From a virus, in IMG/VR virus record IMGVR_UViG_3300045988_175028: a DNA stretch of 64,000 bases; one strand, written 5' to 3'. Below are positions 36,974-45,261 of the stretch, piece after piece. The notes under the pieces were generated by a model. It did no database searches. It was not told where the DNA came from and was given only the letters and a program-made list of their open reading frames with translations. Position numbers and translations under genes: made by a program. Each line of letters begins with the position of its first letter. The first letter of the stretch is position 1.

Positions 36974-37876
36974 TTACTTTAGTCCGGTAGAACCGAAACC
37001 TCCATCAGCCCTTTCTGTATCTTCCATAACTTTATTTACCAAATAAAAATTAGCTTTAGGAACTTCGGCGAGGACTAACTGGGCAAATTTCTCACCCTTA
37101 TGAATATAATGGTCTGCGCCATGTAGGATGGAAGTAATAATAGGATGGCCATTATCATCAAATTCATAAGTAATATCTTGAATGGGGGCCTCCACATTTT
37201 CAATAATAACACAGACTTCTCCGCGGAACCCTGCGTCAATAGTTGCAGGAGTATTTGCGACTCTTAGCTTTGTTTTTAGACAACGACCACTTTTAGGACG
37301 GATTTGTAATTCATAACCATTAGGAATAGCAAATTTTAGACCAGTAGGAATTAGCTTTGTTTCTCCGGGATGGATAGTATAGTCTTCTAGTGCATATAAG
37401 TCCATTCCACTGTCATCTATATGTGCATATTCAGGCATCCGGACCCCTTTTCGGCACTTCTCATAAGGAATTTGGATATACTTTTTAGCAATTCCTTGAG
37501 TTTCACTGATGCAATTAGCTAATCCATTAGCCAGTTGCTTCAGAAAATCCTTCTTTTGGGCAGAGAAACCTTCTAATGTATCAATCTTTTGGCCTAATTG
37601 GGCAAAATTCTGAATCATATCCTCAACAGTAGCTCCATTAGCATTTATTGCTTGGGCAAAAAGCAAACGAGTATTTGCATTATTCAAACTTCGTAGGTAG
37701 CTATCTAAAACACCAGGAGCTAATAAAGCAAATTTATCTTCGGGAAGATTTAATAGCCCGCCAATTGCTTCAAGGGTATCTTCTTTACCAGAAAGTTCTC
37801 CTATTATAGAAGATAGTTGATGAACGTCTTCTTTGGTAATTTTTTTTTGGGTAGAAAAATCAAATATCTCAGCCAT
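36974..37876 (-). CDS. dut: dUTPase (trimeric type) fused to an uncharacterised N-terminal domain of about 140 aa
   Basis: dUTPase motifs DSGMDLYA, RPKSG, ATIDAGFRGEV, GEKFAQLVL and RADGGFGSTG all lie in the C-terminal 160 aa. Residues 1 to about 140 have no recognisable motif. Confidence 0.8.
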   Translation of the reverse strand: MAEIFDFSTQKKITKEDVHQLSSIIGELSGKEDTLEAIGGLLNLPEDKFALLAPGVLDSYLRSLNNANTRLLFAQAINANGATVEDMIQNFAQLGQKIDTLEGFSAQKKDFLKQLANGLANCISETQGIAKKYIQIPYEKCRKGVRMPEYAHIDDSGMDLYALEDYTIHPGETKLIPTGLKFAIPNGYELQIRPKSGRCLKTKLRVANTPATIDAGFRGEVCVIIENVEAPIQDITYEFDDNGHPIITSILHGADHYIHKGEKFAQLVLAEVPKANFYLVNKVMEDTERADGGFGSTGLK

Positions 37877-38093
37877 CTAATTCCTCCCACAACTCTCCAA
37901 AAATTTCAGTTATCTTGACGAGCCATAGCTCACCGATAATCTCACCTTTGGCCTTTTTTGTCTTATAGGTATATCCTGCTGAACCAATAGTAAATCCTTT
38001 CTCACGAGCATCCTTTCGATAATTTTCAATTACTTGCTTAGCTTCTTCTTCTGTAAAACAAATAATCTCTGTTGTTTCTTTATAAGTTCTCAT
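37869..38093 (-). CDS. hypothetical protein (74 aa)
   Basis: ORF overlapping the downstream start, packed in the operon. Confidence 0.45.
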   Translation of the reverse strand: MRTYKETTEIICFTEEEAKQVIENYRKDAREKGFTIGSAGYTYKTKKAKGEIIGELWLVKITEIFGELWEELDG

Positions 38094-38102
38094 ATACTCT
38101 CC

Positions 38103-38342
38103 TTAGTCTTTTACATCAATATTTAAAGAAGTAAGATTATTTTTATCAATTGATGTTGATGAATTGCTTGTAGTAATTGTAGAATAATAGTAAGGTGTGG
38201 TTGTAATATTAGAACCATAAGAAATAGTATAGCTATCTATTTTACCTTCATTATAAACTTCATTCAGTAGTTTTTGAAGCTCTTCTTTCGTAAATTCTAT
38301 CTTACCCTTTTCATTATGAGGGAATACTCTAATTTTAGTCAT
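38103..38342 (-). CDS. hypothetical protein (79 aa)
   Basis: ORF packed between neighbours, with an S/T/N-rich C-terminus. Confidence 0.4.
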   Translation of the reverse strand: MTKIRVFPHNEKGKIEFTKEELQKLLNEVYNEGKIDSYTISYGSNITTTPYYYSTITTSNSSTSIDKNNLTSLNIDVKD

Positions 38343-38943
38343 TATTACTCTCCTTCTGTGTTAATTCCATAAATCTTGGTAGCGTCTCAATCCAATTACA
38401 AATCATTTGCCAATCGGGTAGGCGATGATGACGTCGTTGCTGATAGATTGTTTTTAATTGCTGATAATTTGTTGTCATTCCGGCTGTTAGCTCAAAACCC
38501 ATTGGAATATTATAAAGAATTTCGATGTATTTTTCTTCCATAAGTTTTTGAATTTCTTTTGTTTTTTCTTTTAAAGCAGATAGTCTATTATATTCGTCAA
38601 TCTTTTCTTGGCAAATATCAATAATTCGTTTATCTACATAAGCATTACATTGCTTTCTTAGAGAGAATTTTACAGCCTTATGCATCTTGCTTTGACTTGA
38701 ATTAATCTCGAACCAATGATACCGTTCTGCTTGCATCCAGGCATTTTGGCTAATTGTTAAATCAAACTGGACAATAATTCCTTTTAGAGCGTTATCATGT
38801 CCCTGTCCAGTTGGACAAGTTAAACACGCCCTAATACCAGGAGTAAGCTCACTATTCAATTTTTCAATATCGATAGCCTTTGGATATTTAGCAGTTTTGA
38901 TTGCTCGTTCAAGACCATACACTTGGGTATTTTCAATTTTCAT
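38335..38943 (-). CDS. divergent ThyX-like (flavin-dependent thymidylate synthase fold) protein with a degenerate signature motif
   Basis: GHDNALKGIIVQFDLTISQNAWMQAERYHWFEINSSQSKMH aligns by eye to the ThyX block GHxSxLEHxxFTFxIxGxSRxxxxQLxRHRxxSxNExSxRY. The C-terminal TTNYQQLKTIYQQRRHHRLPDWQMI aligns to NxRxLxHFxxLRxxxxAQxEIR. The RHRxxS signature reads RYHWFE. Confidence 0.5.
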   Translation of the reverse strand: MKIENTQVYGLERAIKTAKYPKAIDIEKLNSELTPGIRACLTCPTGQGHDNALKGIIVQFDLTISQNAWMQAERYHWFEINSSQSKMHKAVKFSLRKQCNAYVDKRIIDICQEKIDEYNRLSALKEKTKEIQKLMEEKYIEILYNIPMGFELTAGMTTNYQQLKTIYQQRRHHRLPDWQMICNWIETLPRFMELTQKESNND

Positions 38944-39463
38944 TTTTTACCTCCCTAAAAATTAGGTCTTTTGGTAAAAAGTTTTTACAAATATAAATAC
39001 TAGCAAAAGCAACTCCTTTTACCATTTTTGTCATTTCTTTATCTTGATAAAAATTTATCCTTTTATCAAAAATAAGGGCTTGACAGTTCTTTAAATAAGG
39101 GAATCTTTTTTGTCCCTGAAGACTGGGTAAGGGCAATAAAATGGCAAAAGGTTTTCCTAACTCATCTAGTCTCTTTAGAATTTCATCTTTACAAGAAAAT
39201 GGAGGGTTAGAAATTATAATATCATACTTTGGAGGTTCAAAGAAAAAGAAATTTTCTCCATTATCAATATGAGAATAAATAACTTGAAAACCTTTTTCTT
39301 CAAAAATTTTGACATATGCACTATCTTTAGTATCAAAAGGGCACCAAATGATTTTTCCTTTTGGGAGAAATTCTAAAAGAGGCCTCACTGCTTCTACTGG
39401 AGTAAAATATTCATCAGATTGTTTATTCGTTTTCGCGGTTAGATATCCTTTATTCTGTCCCAT
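38933..39463 (-). CDS. amino-methyltransferase-like protein (NPPF motif; putative DNA N6-adenine methyltransferase)
   Basis: DEYFTP near the N-terminus and IIISNPPFS (motif IV). I prefer the ATG at 39463 (RBS GGAGG; the ATG overlaps the TAA of the upstream ORF) to the GTG at 39490. Confidence 0.55.
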   Translation of the reverse strand: MGQNKGYLTAKTNKQSDEYFTPVEAVRPLLEFLPKGKIIWCPFDTKDSAYVKIFEEKGFQVIYSHIDNGENFFFFEPPKYDIIISNPPFSCKDEILKRLDELGKPFAILLPLPSLQGQKRFPYLKNCQALIFDKRINFYQDKEMTKMVKGVAFASIYICKNFLPKDLIFREVKNEN

Positions 39464-39880
39464 TATACCTCCACAATTTGATAAGAACACCCATCAACAG
39501 AATTTATATATTGTAAAACATCTTCATATTCCGGTTTTTTAAACCAATCATTTAGGAGATAAATATAACTAACTTTTTCAATTCCTAAACTTTTGGCTAT
39601 TTTTCTATATTGCGAAATTTTGAAGGCACAGGTTTGAAGTTTTTCGTCAACAGAGCCAGCTACTTTTTGAAATTTCTTTTCATAAATTTTTAGCTCATCG
39701 TTTACTAGGTAAGCTTCATCAGGTAGAAGTTTCTTTGAAATAAGGCTCTTCCAATCAATTTTTAGTTCCTTTAGGTACTGATAAAGCTTATGCTTTGAAA
39801 GATCAATGCCTTCTTTCTTGGCACAACAAATCTTTTCCCCATTTCAGACCATTAGAAGTATCTCTCGGGGCATTAGTCAT
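39463..39880 (-). pseudogene. frame-broken ORF: 25-codon leader (ATG 39880, stop 39803-39805) plus a 126-codon +1-frame body (39843 down to TAA 39465-39463) with no start codon
   Basis: Good RBS (GAAGGA) and ATG at 39880. The long open frame is shifted +1 and has no ATG/GTG/TTG until its last codons. The overlap window contains G4 and A4 runs (plus strand CCCC 39837-39840, TTTT 39833-39836). The body's TAA overlaps the next gene's ATG, suggesting translational coupling. Confidence 0.5.
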
Positions 39881-39883
39881 TTT

Positions 39884-40300
39884 TTAAATCCTTCTTTCTT
39901 TTACAAAATCTCCATCTTCATCAATAAAATAAATATTTCTAATTCCCAAATCTTTTATCAATTTACTACACGCAGGACAAGGGCGAGAGCACGCTCTCTC
40001 ACCCGTTTTCAATTTTCTATAAGTGTAAATAGAAACATCTTTCCATTCTATCTCCTTCCCAATCAATGGAGACAAAGCTGAAATTTCTGCGTGTTCACAA
40101 GAATTGGAGTTTTTATAATCTTCAAAATTACGATACTTATTATAGTAAAATTGAAGAGGACGAGTTTTTGTAGAATTACAAGAAGCAGATAAAATTCTCT
40201 TCCCACTAACAACTACCGCGCCGACTCTTGCCCTATCAAAATTAGAAAGTCTACACATTTGTTTAGCGATATTGAAGAAACTTTTTTCTCTATGAGTCAT
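39884..40300 (-). CDS. dCMP (deoxycytidylate) deaminase
   Basis: Zinc-binding motifs CEHAEISAL (HAE) and PCPACSKLI (PCxxC). 138 aa. Confidence 0.8.
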   Translation of the reverse strand: MTHREKSFFNIAKQMCRLSNFDRARVGAVVVSGKRILSASCNSTKTRPLQFYYNKYRNFEDYKNSNSCEHAEISALSPLIGKEIEWKDVSIYTYRKLKTGERACSRPCPACSKLIKDLGIRNIYFIDEDGDFVKERRI

Positions 40301-40358
40301 TCTATCAGCTCATCCTTTCTTTTTACTATAATAAGTATATCATAAAATTATTCTTTTT

Positions 40359-41627
40359 TCAAATTTTTCTTTGGTCGAGCTCTCGTATAATCTTATCTAT
40401 ACTATGAGCGACTGCGATGAATTGAATTGCATTCCAACCTTTTGTAGTCATTGCCGCGCACCCAATTCGTAGGCCAGAAGCTTCCATAGGAGAGCGTTTT
40501 TCATTTGGAACACAATTTTTATTTAGGGTAATTTTGTGTTTATCAAGTTCTTCTTGGACCTCGCGACCTGTGAGATTAGGGAAGTTTTTTGTAAGGTCAA
40601 TTAGAAAAAGATGATTATCTGTTCCGTCTGTAATTACTTTATAGCCCATTGCTTTAAACTCATTACACATTATCCAGGTATTATAAAGAACTTGGAAGAT
40701 ATATTGCTTAAATTCCTGGGTTAAAGCTTCTTCTGCACAGACCGCTTTTCCTGCAATGATATGCATTAAAGGCCCTCCTTGGTTGGTCGGAAAGACAGCT
40801 CCGTCTACTTTCTTTGCCAGTCCTGGCTTACAAAAGATTAATCCTCCTCTCGGTCCACGCAAAGTTTTATGAGTGGTTGTAGTAATAATATCAGCTAGGC
40901 CAAAGGGAGAGGGGTGATGTCCAGCAGCAATAAGTCCCGCGATATGTGCTATATCAACCATAAAGTATGGGCGGTAATTATTCTTTCGTTCAACTAATTC
41001 TTCTAACTGAACTGCATCAATAATATTTTTTATTCTTTTAAAATCAATAATACGACTATATGCACTTGCCCCAGCGAGAACCATCTTCGGATGATAGTAT
41101 CGAAGTTTTTTTTCTAAATCTTCGTAGTCGATAAAACCATTTTCATCGACGCCGTACTCAACTCGATTATAAATTTTTCCACTAATACTAGCTGGGCCAC
41201 AATGCGAGAGATGGCTTCCATTTTCCAAGCTCATGGCTAATACTGTATCGCCGGGTTCCAATACTGCACAATATGCACTAAGATTTGCTTGCGTCCCACT
41301 ATGAGGTTGTACATTTACATGATAGTCAGTTTCAAAAACTTCTCTCCACTTGTCACAACAATACTCTTCAAGTTTATCTACTGTCTGACAGCCGCCATAA
41401 TATCGACCTTGACGGCCAGAATGGCGGTCAAGTTCCGGATACCCCTCGGCATATTTATTTGTTAAACAAGAGGCCATTGTTGCTCGAACAGCGTCACTAG
41501 GATAGTTTTCACTAGCGATGAGTTCGATATTTTCAGACTGACGCTGACTTTCTTCCAAAATTAATTCTGCTATAGTAGGAGAACTTTTTACTACATAATC
41601 ACAAACCGTTGTATCTAAAGAACTCAA
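40359..41627 (-). CDS. glyA: serine hydroxymethyltransferase
   Basis: ELIASENY near the N-terminus, PLP-lysine motif TTTTHKTLRGPRGG, and a typical length of 422 aa. Confidence 0.85.
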   Translation of the reverse strand: MSSLDTTVCDYVVKSSPTIAELILEESQRQSENIELIASENYPSDAVRATMASCLTNKYAEGYPELDRHSGRQGRYYGGCQTVDKLEEYCCDKWREVFETDYHVNVQPHSGTQANLSAYCAVLEPGDTVLAMSLENGSHLSHCGPASISGKIYNRVEYGVDENGFIDYEDLEKKLRYYHPKMVLAGASAYSRIIDFKRIKNIIDAVQLEELVERKNNYRPYFMVDIAHIAGLIAAGHHPSPFGLADIITTTTHKTLRGPRGGLIFCKPGLAKKVDGAVFPTNQGGPLMHIIAGKAVCAEEALTQEFKQYIFQVLYNTWIMCNEFKAMGYKVITDGTDNHLFLIDLTKNFPNLTGREVQEELDKHKITLNKNCVPNEKRSPMEASGLRIGCAAMTTKGWNAIQFIAVAHSIDKIIRELDQRKI

Positions 41628-41812
41628 CTTTCTTCCTCCTTTGCTTCTAAGTAGCCTTTCAGATGTTCATCTTTTAGAGCTTGTTGGATATTCTTCCAAG
41701 CATCTGGAAAAAGAGAACCAATCAAAAAACTAAAACTAATTTCTTCACCATCAAAATTCTCAATAACTTCTGAAATTTTTTGAAAGCGCTCTTTTGAAAC
41801 TGTCATTTCCAT
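41624..41812 (-). CDS. hypothetical protein (62 aa)
   Basis: Small acidic ORF between the RNR gene and glyA, overlapping the glyA start. Confidence 0.4.
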   Translation of the reverse strand: MEMTVSKERFQKISEVIENFDGEEISFSFLIGSLFPDAWKNIQQALKDEHLKGYLEAKEEES

Positions 41813-41824
41813 AACTAATTCTCC

Positions 41825-43639
41825 TTATCCACATCTGCTCCAACCACAAGATTTACATATGACGCATCCGCCCTCTTGTATAAGTTCAGAACCGCACTCT
41901 GGACACTTAGCGCCATTATCAGTCTCTGGATTGAATGGGGGTCTACTCTCAGAGGTTGATATTTGAGAATTGGAATCTGCCAAGGCAATAATTGAATTTC
42001 CTTTCTCAATTCTTTCCTTCATCTCCTTCCACATTTCCATAAGGGCATTACCTACCGCCATAGGACAGCAAGCGCCCTTTGAAGTATCATGCTTTGTAGC
42101 AGTCCGAGAAGCATAACTTGGACAGGCGCCAGTACTTTGAAGCTGGTCGGCAATATCTTCAATTTTTACGCCACCGCGACAAGCTAGGGAAATCATTCGA
42201 GAAAGACCAACCATAAAGTTAGCACATCCACCGGTACTTCCTTTATTTAGATAAATCTCCATCAGGTCTCCCGTCTGGGGATCAAACCAGGCAGTACAAT
42301 GGAGAGAACCACAACCAGTAGTTAGGCGTCGCTTCATTCCAATTAGATTATCAGAGCAGCTAATGATTTCTCCACGAGGTAAACCTTTTTCTTCTTCTTT
42401 TTCTTGAGAGCTGTCGGTCGTTAGAATTCCAAGTCGCTTACAGCCATTTCTAAAAACAGTAATACCCTTTAATCCTTCTTTCCAAGCATTTAGGTAAATC
42501 TCTTCAACATCCTCAATAGTTGCCTCTTCTGGAAGATTCACCGTACTACTAATAGAAGCATCAATATGTCTCTGCCAAGCTCCTTGCATTAGGACTCTAT
42601 TTAGAGGAGAAATTGTTGATGAAGTACAAAACCAATTAGGAAGTTCAGCTTCATCTTTTATTCCATGTTCATCCATATATTCTTTTACAATTGGAGTATA
42701 TACCTTATAATATTCGTCATGACCATGAAGAGATTCAGTTTTTCGAGTGTAGGAGTTAGCAAAAATTGGTTCGATTCCTCCACTAATCCCCAACATCGTA
42801 GAAATAGTACCAGTTGGCGCGATTGTCAGTAATTGACTATTACGAAGACCATAAGCTTCTATTGCTTCTCGTGTACTCTCACAAGTGTTATTTTTTAGAA
42901 AACCACTTTTTTGAACGCAAGATTTATAATTATCATAAGACCCATTATGCCCAGCAAGAAAAGCCGAAGTATATAAAGCTTGGTCAGCCATTACTAGGCC
43001 GATTCTTTCACATAAATGTCGAGCTTGTTCTGAGTCATAGGGAAGTTCCATTTTTATAAGCATATCTGCCAAACCCATAATTCCGAGACCTATCTGACGC
43101 CAATCTGCGACGGATTGCCTCTGTTCTCTTAATGGATGCAGAGGAAGCCCTTCTTCTAATACTTCATTTAAATAAATAATACCATGAGCTACCGTTTCAC
43201 CAAAATCGTCAAAATCAAACTCTTTATCTTTTACAAAAGCAGAGAGATTTATACTTGACAAGAGACAAGAACCTCCCGCAGGAAGGGGCTCCTCCGCACA
43301 AGGGTTGACTCCTGCATATTCAAAAGTATCATCAAACTCAAGTAGATTATAATTGGAAATAGTATCCCAAAAAAGAATTCCAGGTTCTCCCCAATCCCAA
43401 TTATTTTTACATAACTTTTCAAAAATCTCTCTAGCTTTAGCTGTTTTTGTGATAGTTTCGTTAGTTTCTGGACGAGTAAAAGACATTACCCAATCCTTAT
43501 CATTGATTACCGCTTCCATAAAATCATCAGTCACACGAACAGAAATATTCGCTTTAGTAACAGCATCCGGAGAAGTCTTTATATCAATAAAGTCTAAAAG
43601 GTCAGGATGATGGCAGTCTAAGCTAATCATTAATGCCCC
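41825..43639 (-). CDS. nrdJ: class II (B12-dependent) ribonucleotide reductase, exon 2
   Basis: Begins GALMISLDCHHPD, the continuation of the GRRGA motif. Active-site block NPCAEEPLPAGGSCLLSSINLS and a C-terminal zinc ribbon CPECGS...CVICKSC. Confidence 0.8.
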   Translation of the reverse strand, partial: GALMISLDCHHPDLLDFIDIKTSPDAVTKANISVRVTDDFMEAVINDKDWVMSFTRPETNETITKTAKAREIFEKLCKNNWDWGEPGILFWDTISNYNLLEFDDTFEYAGVNPCAEEPLPAGGSCLLSSINLSAFVKDKEFDFDDFGETVAHGIIYLNEVLEEGLPLHPLREQRQSVADWRQIGLGIMGLADMLIKMELPYDSEQARHLCERIGLVMADQALYTSAFLAGHNGSYDNYKSCVQKSGFLKNNTCESTREAIEAYGLRNSQLLTIAPTGTISTMLGISGGIEPIFANSYTRKTESLHGHDEYYKVYTPIVKEYMDEHGIKDEAELPNWFCTSSTISPLNRVLMQGAWQRHIDASISSTVNLPEEATIEDVEEIYLNAWKEGLKGITVFRNGCKRLGILTTDSSQEKEEEKGLPRGEIISCSDNLIGMKRRLTTGCGSLHCTAWFDPQTGDLMEIYLNKGSTGGCANFMVGLSRMISLACRGGVKIEDIADQLQSTGACPSYASRTATKHDTSKGACCPMAVGNALMEMWKEMKERIEKGNSIIALADSNSQISTSESRPPFNPETDNGAKCPECGSELIQEGGCVICKSCGWSRCG

Positions 43640-44626
43640 CAATATGGACTATATCTTATTTTATTTTGAAAATAAAACTCGGGCGCTACTGTGGTCTTAT
43701 TGTTTCCTCAACCACTAGTCTCTACACGTTCCATCAACTTCTTAGTTGAAATTGATAGCTTCGCTCGGGGTTGTTGGGCGTTCCCCGAATTCACCCAATT
43801 CAAGACGCAGGGCATTCGCTTTATTATATTTTCTTTTTAGAATAATAAAATTATCATCAGGATAAATAAAATTTAGAAATTTTAGTACATCTTTTTTATT
43901 GGCAAATTCTAAGACAAAACAATTTTCGTTTGCTTTTGGCCGAATAATTGTTGAAATGGCGCATTGTTTTAGTAAAATTTGTTGAATACCTGTTAAAACT
44001 TTTAATGATGAAGTAAAAGAAATTTTCTGCCAAATTCTGTTTCTATCTTTTCGTAGTCCCCAGGTCAAACACCCATCTCCATCAAAGAACCCTTGCACCA
44101 AATATCTTTCTAAATTTTTAGAGATAATTGGACAATGTTTATTTTCTTTTGAGGAACAATGTTTATTAAAATCAATAACCAAATCTGAATTGCCAATAGT
44201 GATTCTTGCTCGTGGAAATCGTCTTGCTTCTGGTTTATATGTTAAGTCTTCTCTATAATTAGCTCCAATATAATTAGCAATAAATTGTAATATTTCTTTA
44301 TCATCTAAGCAACATCCAAATTCGATAGAATTATTATTGATGTATCCATCTGCTAACGCATATCCAATAATGTAAGCTTTTTTTGGAGTATCAATTTTAT
44401 TGAACATCTTTGGGTCTTTGTATTTGGGCTTAGCATATTTAGACTTATCATTTAATTTATATTTACTAATCCAATAGCCAACTGTTGACTTACTTTTTCC
44501 AGTAAGTTGAGCAATTTCACGATGAGTTAATCCATCTTCTAAATATTTTTCTAATAATTCTTTATTCATTTAAGAAGCCTCCTACTCTATATATTTTCGA
44601 AAACTTATAATTTATTAAGCGATTTT
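43640..44626 (-). mobile_element. group I intron (about 987 nt) in nrdJ carrying a LAGLIDADG homing endonuclease ORF
   Basis: Exon 1 ends ...GQAGRR (cgt, last nucleotide U at 44627). The intron ends in G (43640). The join restores GRR|GALM in frame. The minus strand carries TAAGATATAGTCC (43655-43643), matching the group I J8/7-P7 consensus. I could not identify a convincing P1/IGS pairing by eye. Confidence 0.7.
43742..44569 (-). CDS. LAGLIDADG homing endonuclease (double-motif) with an N-terminal HTH
   Basis: YIIGYALADGYI and LVQGFFDGDGCL motifs. N-terminal HTH REIAQLTGKSKSTVGYWISK. Own RBS AGGAGG. Confidence 0.8.
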   Translation of the reverse strand: MNKELLEKYLEDGLTHREIAQLTGKSKSTVGYWISKYKLNDKSKYAKPKYKDPKMFNKIDTPKKAYIIGYALADGYINNNSIEFGCCLDDKEILQFIANYIGANYREDLTYKPEARRFPRARITIGNSDLVIDFNKHCSSKENKHCPIISKNLERYLVQGFFDGDGCLTWGLRKDRNRIWQKISFTSSLKVLTGIQQILLKQCAISTIIRPKANENCFVLEFANKKDVLKFLNFIYPDDNFIILKRKYNKANALRLELGEFGERPTTPSEAINFN

Positions 44627-45070
44627 ACGTCTTCCGGCTTGACCAATCTCTTCAGTCGTTTGGCTATATCCCTGCATAAAACTTACCGCGCCGGTGGTTT
44701 GTTCTGCTTGATTATGAACCTTTGCTCCTGCGGGGGCTAATTTAGAAAGGTCAATTCCACAGCCACCACCATAAGAATAAGTTCGAGCTAATTTTTTGCG
44801 ACTTTCAAAAATAGATTCGATATTATCTTCTGGAGGAGTAATAACATAACAATTACTATAAGTTACTCGTGTATCAGTGATTCCCCGATTGCTAAGAATT
44901 CGTCCGCCAGGAATGAACTTTTTTTCAATAATTAGTGCTTTTATTGCTTCATTATTTCCACTAACTCTATCTAACCATTTATCAAATGATTCTTCGTTTT
45001 TACGGTATTTTCTCATCCAAATATCAATACCAAGCAAGTTATCTTTTCCTAGCCATTGCTCTACTGTCAT
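44627..45070 (-). CDS. nrdJ: class II ribonucleotide reductase, exon 1
   Basis: FIPGGRILSNRG, SNCYV, YSYGGGCGIDLSKLAPAGAKV, GAVSFMQGY and GQAGRR match the N-terminal conserved blocks of NrdJ. Confidence 0.8.
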
Positions 45071-45261
45071 TTATTTTCCTCCATATCACAAAACTCACAA
45101 TATCCTCCAACAAAATGATGTTGGCATTGAGATTGATAGTTTTTGTTCTCTCGTAGAAGGCGCGCAACCTCATTATTTAGAGTAAACTGATTAGGCGTGA
45201 GAAGCGTATTGATAAGTTGATTATTCAAATCAATAGCTCTTCGAATTTCAATTTGAGTCAT
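45067..45261 (-). CDS. hypothetical protein (64 aa), Cys/His cluster at the C-terminus
   Basis: CQHHFVGGYCEFC near the C-terminus. Overlaps both neighbours. Confidence 0.4.
   Translation of the reverse strand: MTQIEIRRAIDLNNQLINTLLTPNQFTLNNEVARLLRENKNYQSQCQHHFVGGYCEFCDMEENK

Noticed and set aside
39806-40081. Plus-strand 91-aa ORF spanning the dCMP deaminase 3' end
   Set aside because: It is antisense to a gene with unambiguous deaminase motifs. The product is low-complexity and there is no RBS.
41815-42009. 64-aa ORF overlapping the 3' end of nrdJ exon 2 in another frame
   Set aside because: It lies entirely within the conserved RNR C-terminal zinc-ribbon coding region and has no independent signals.
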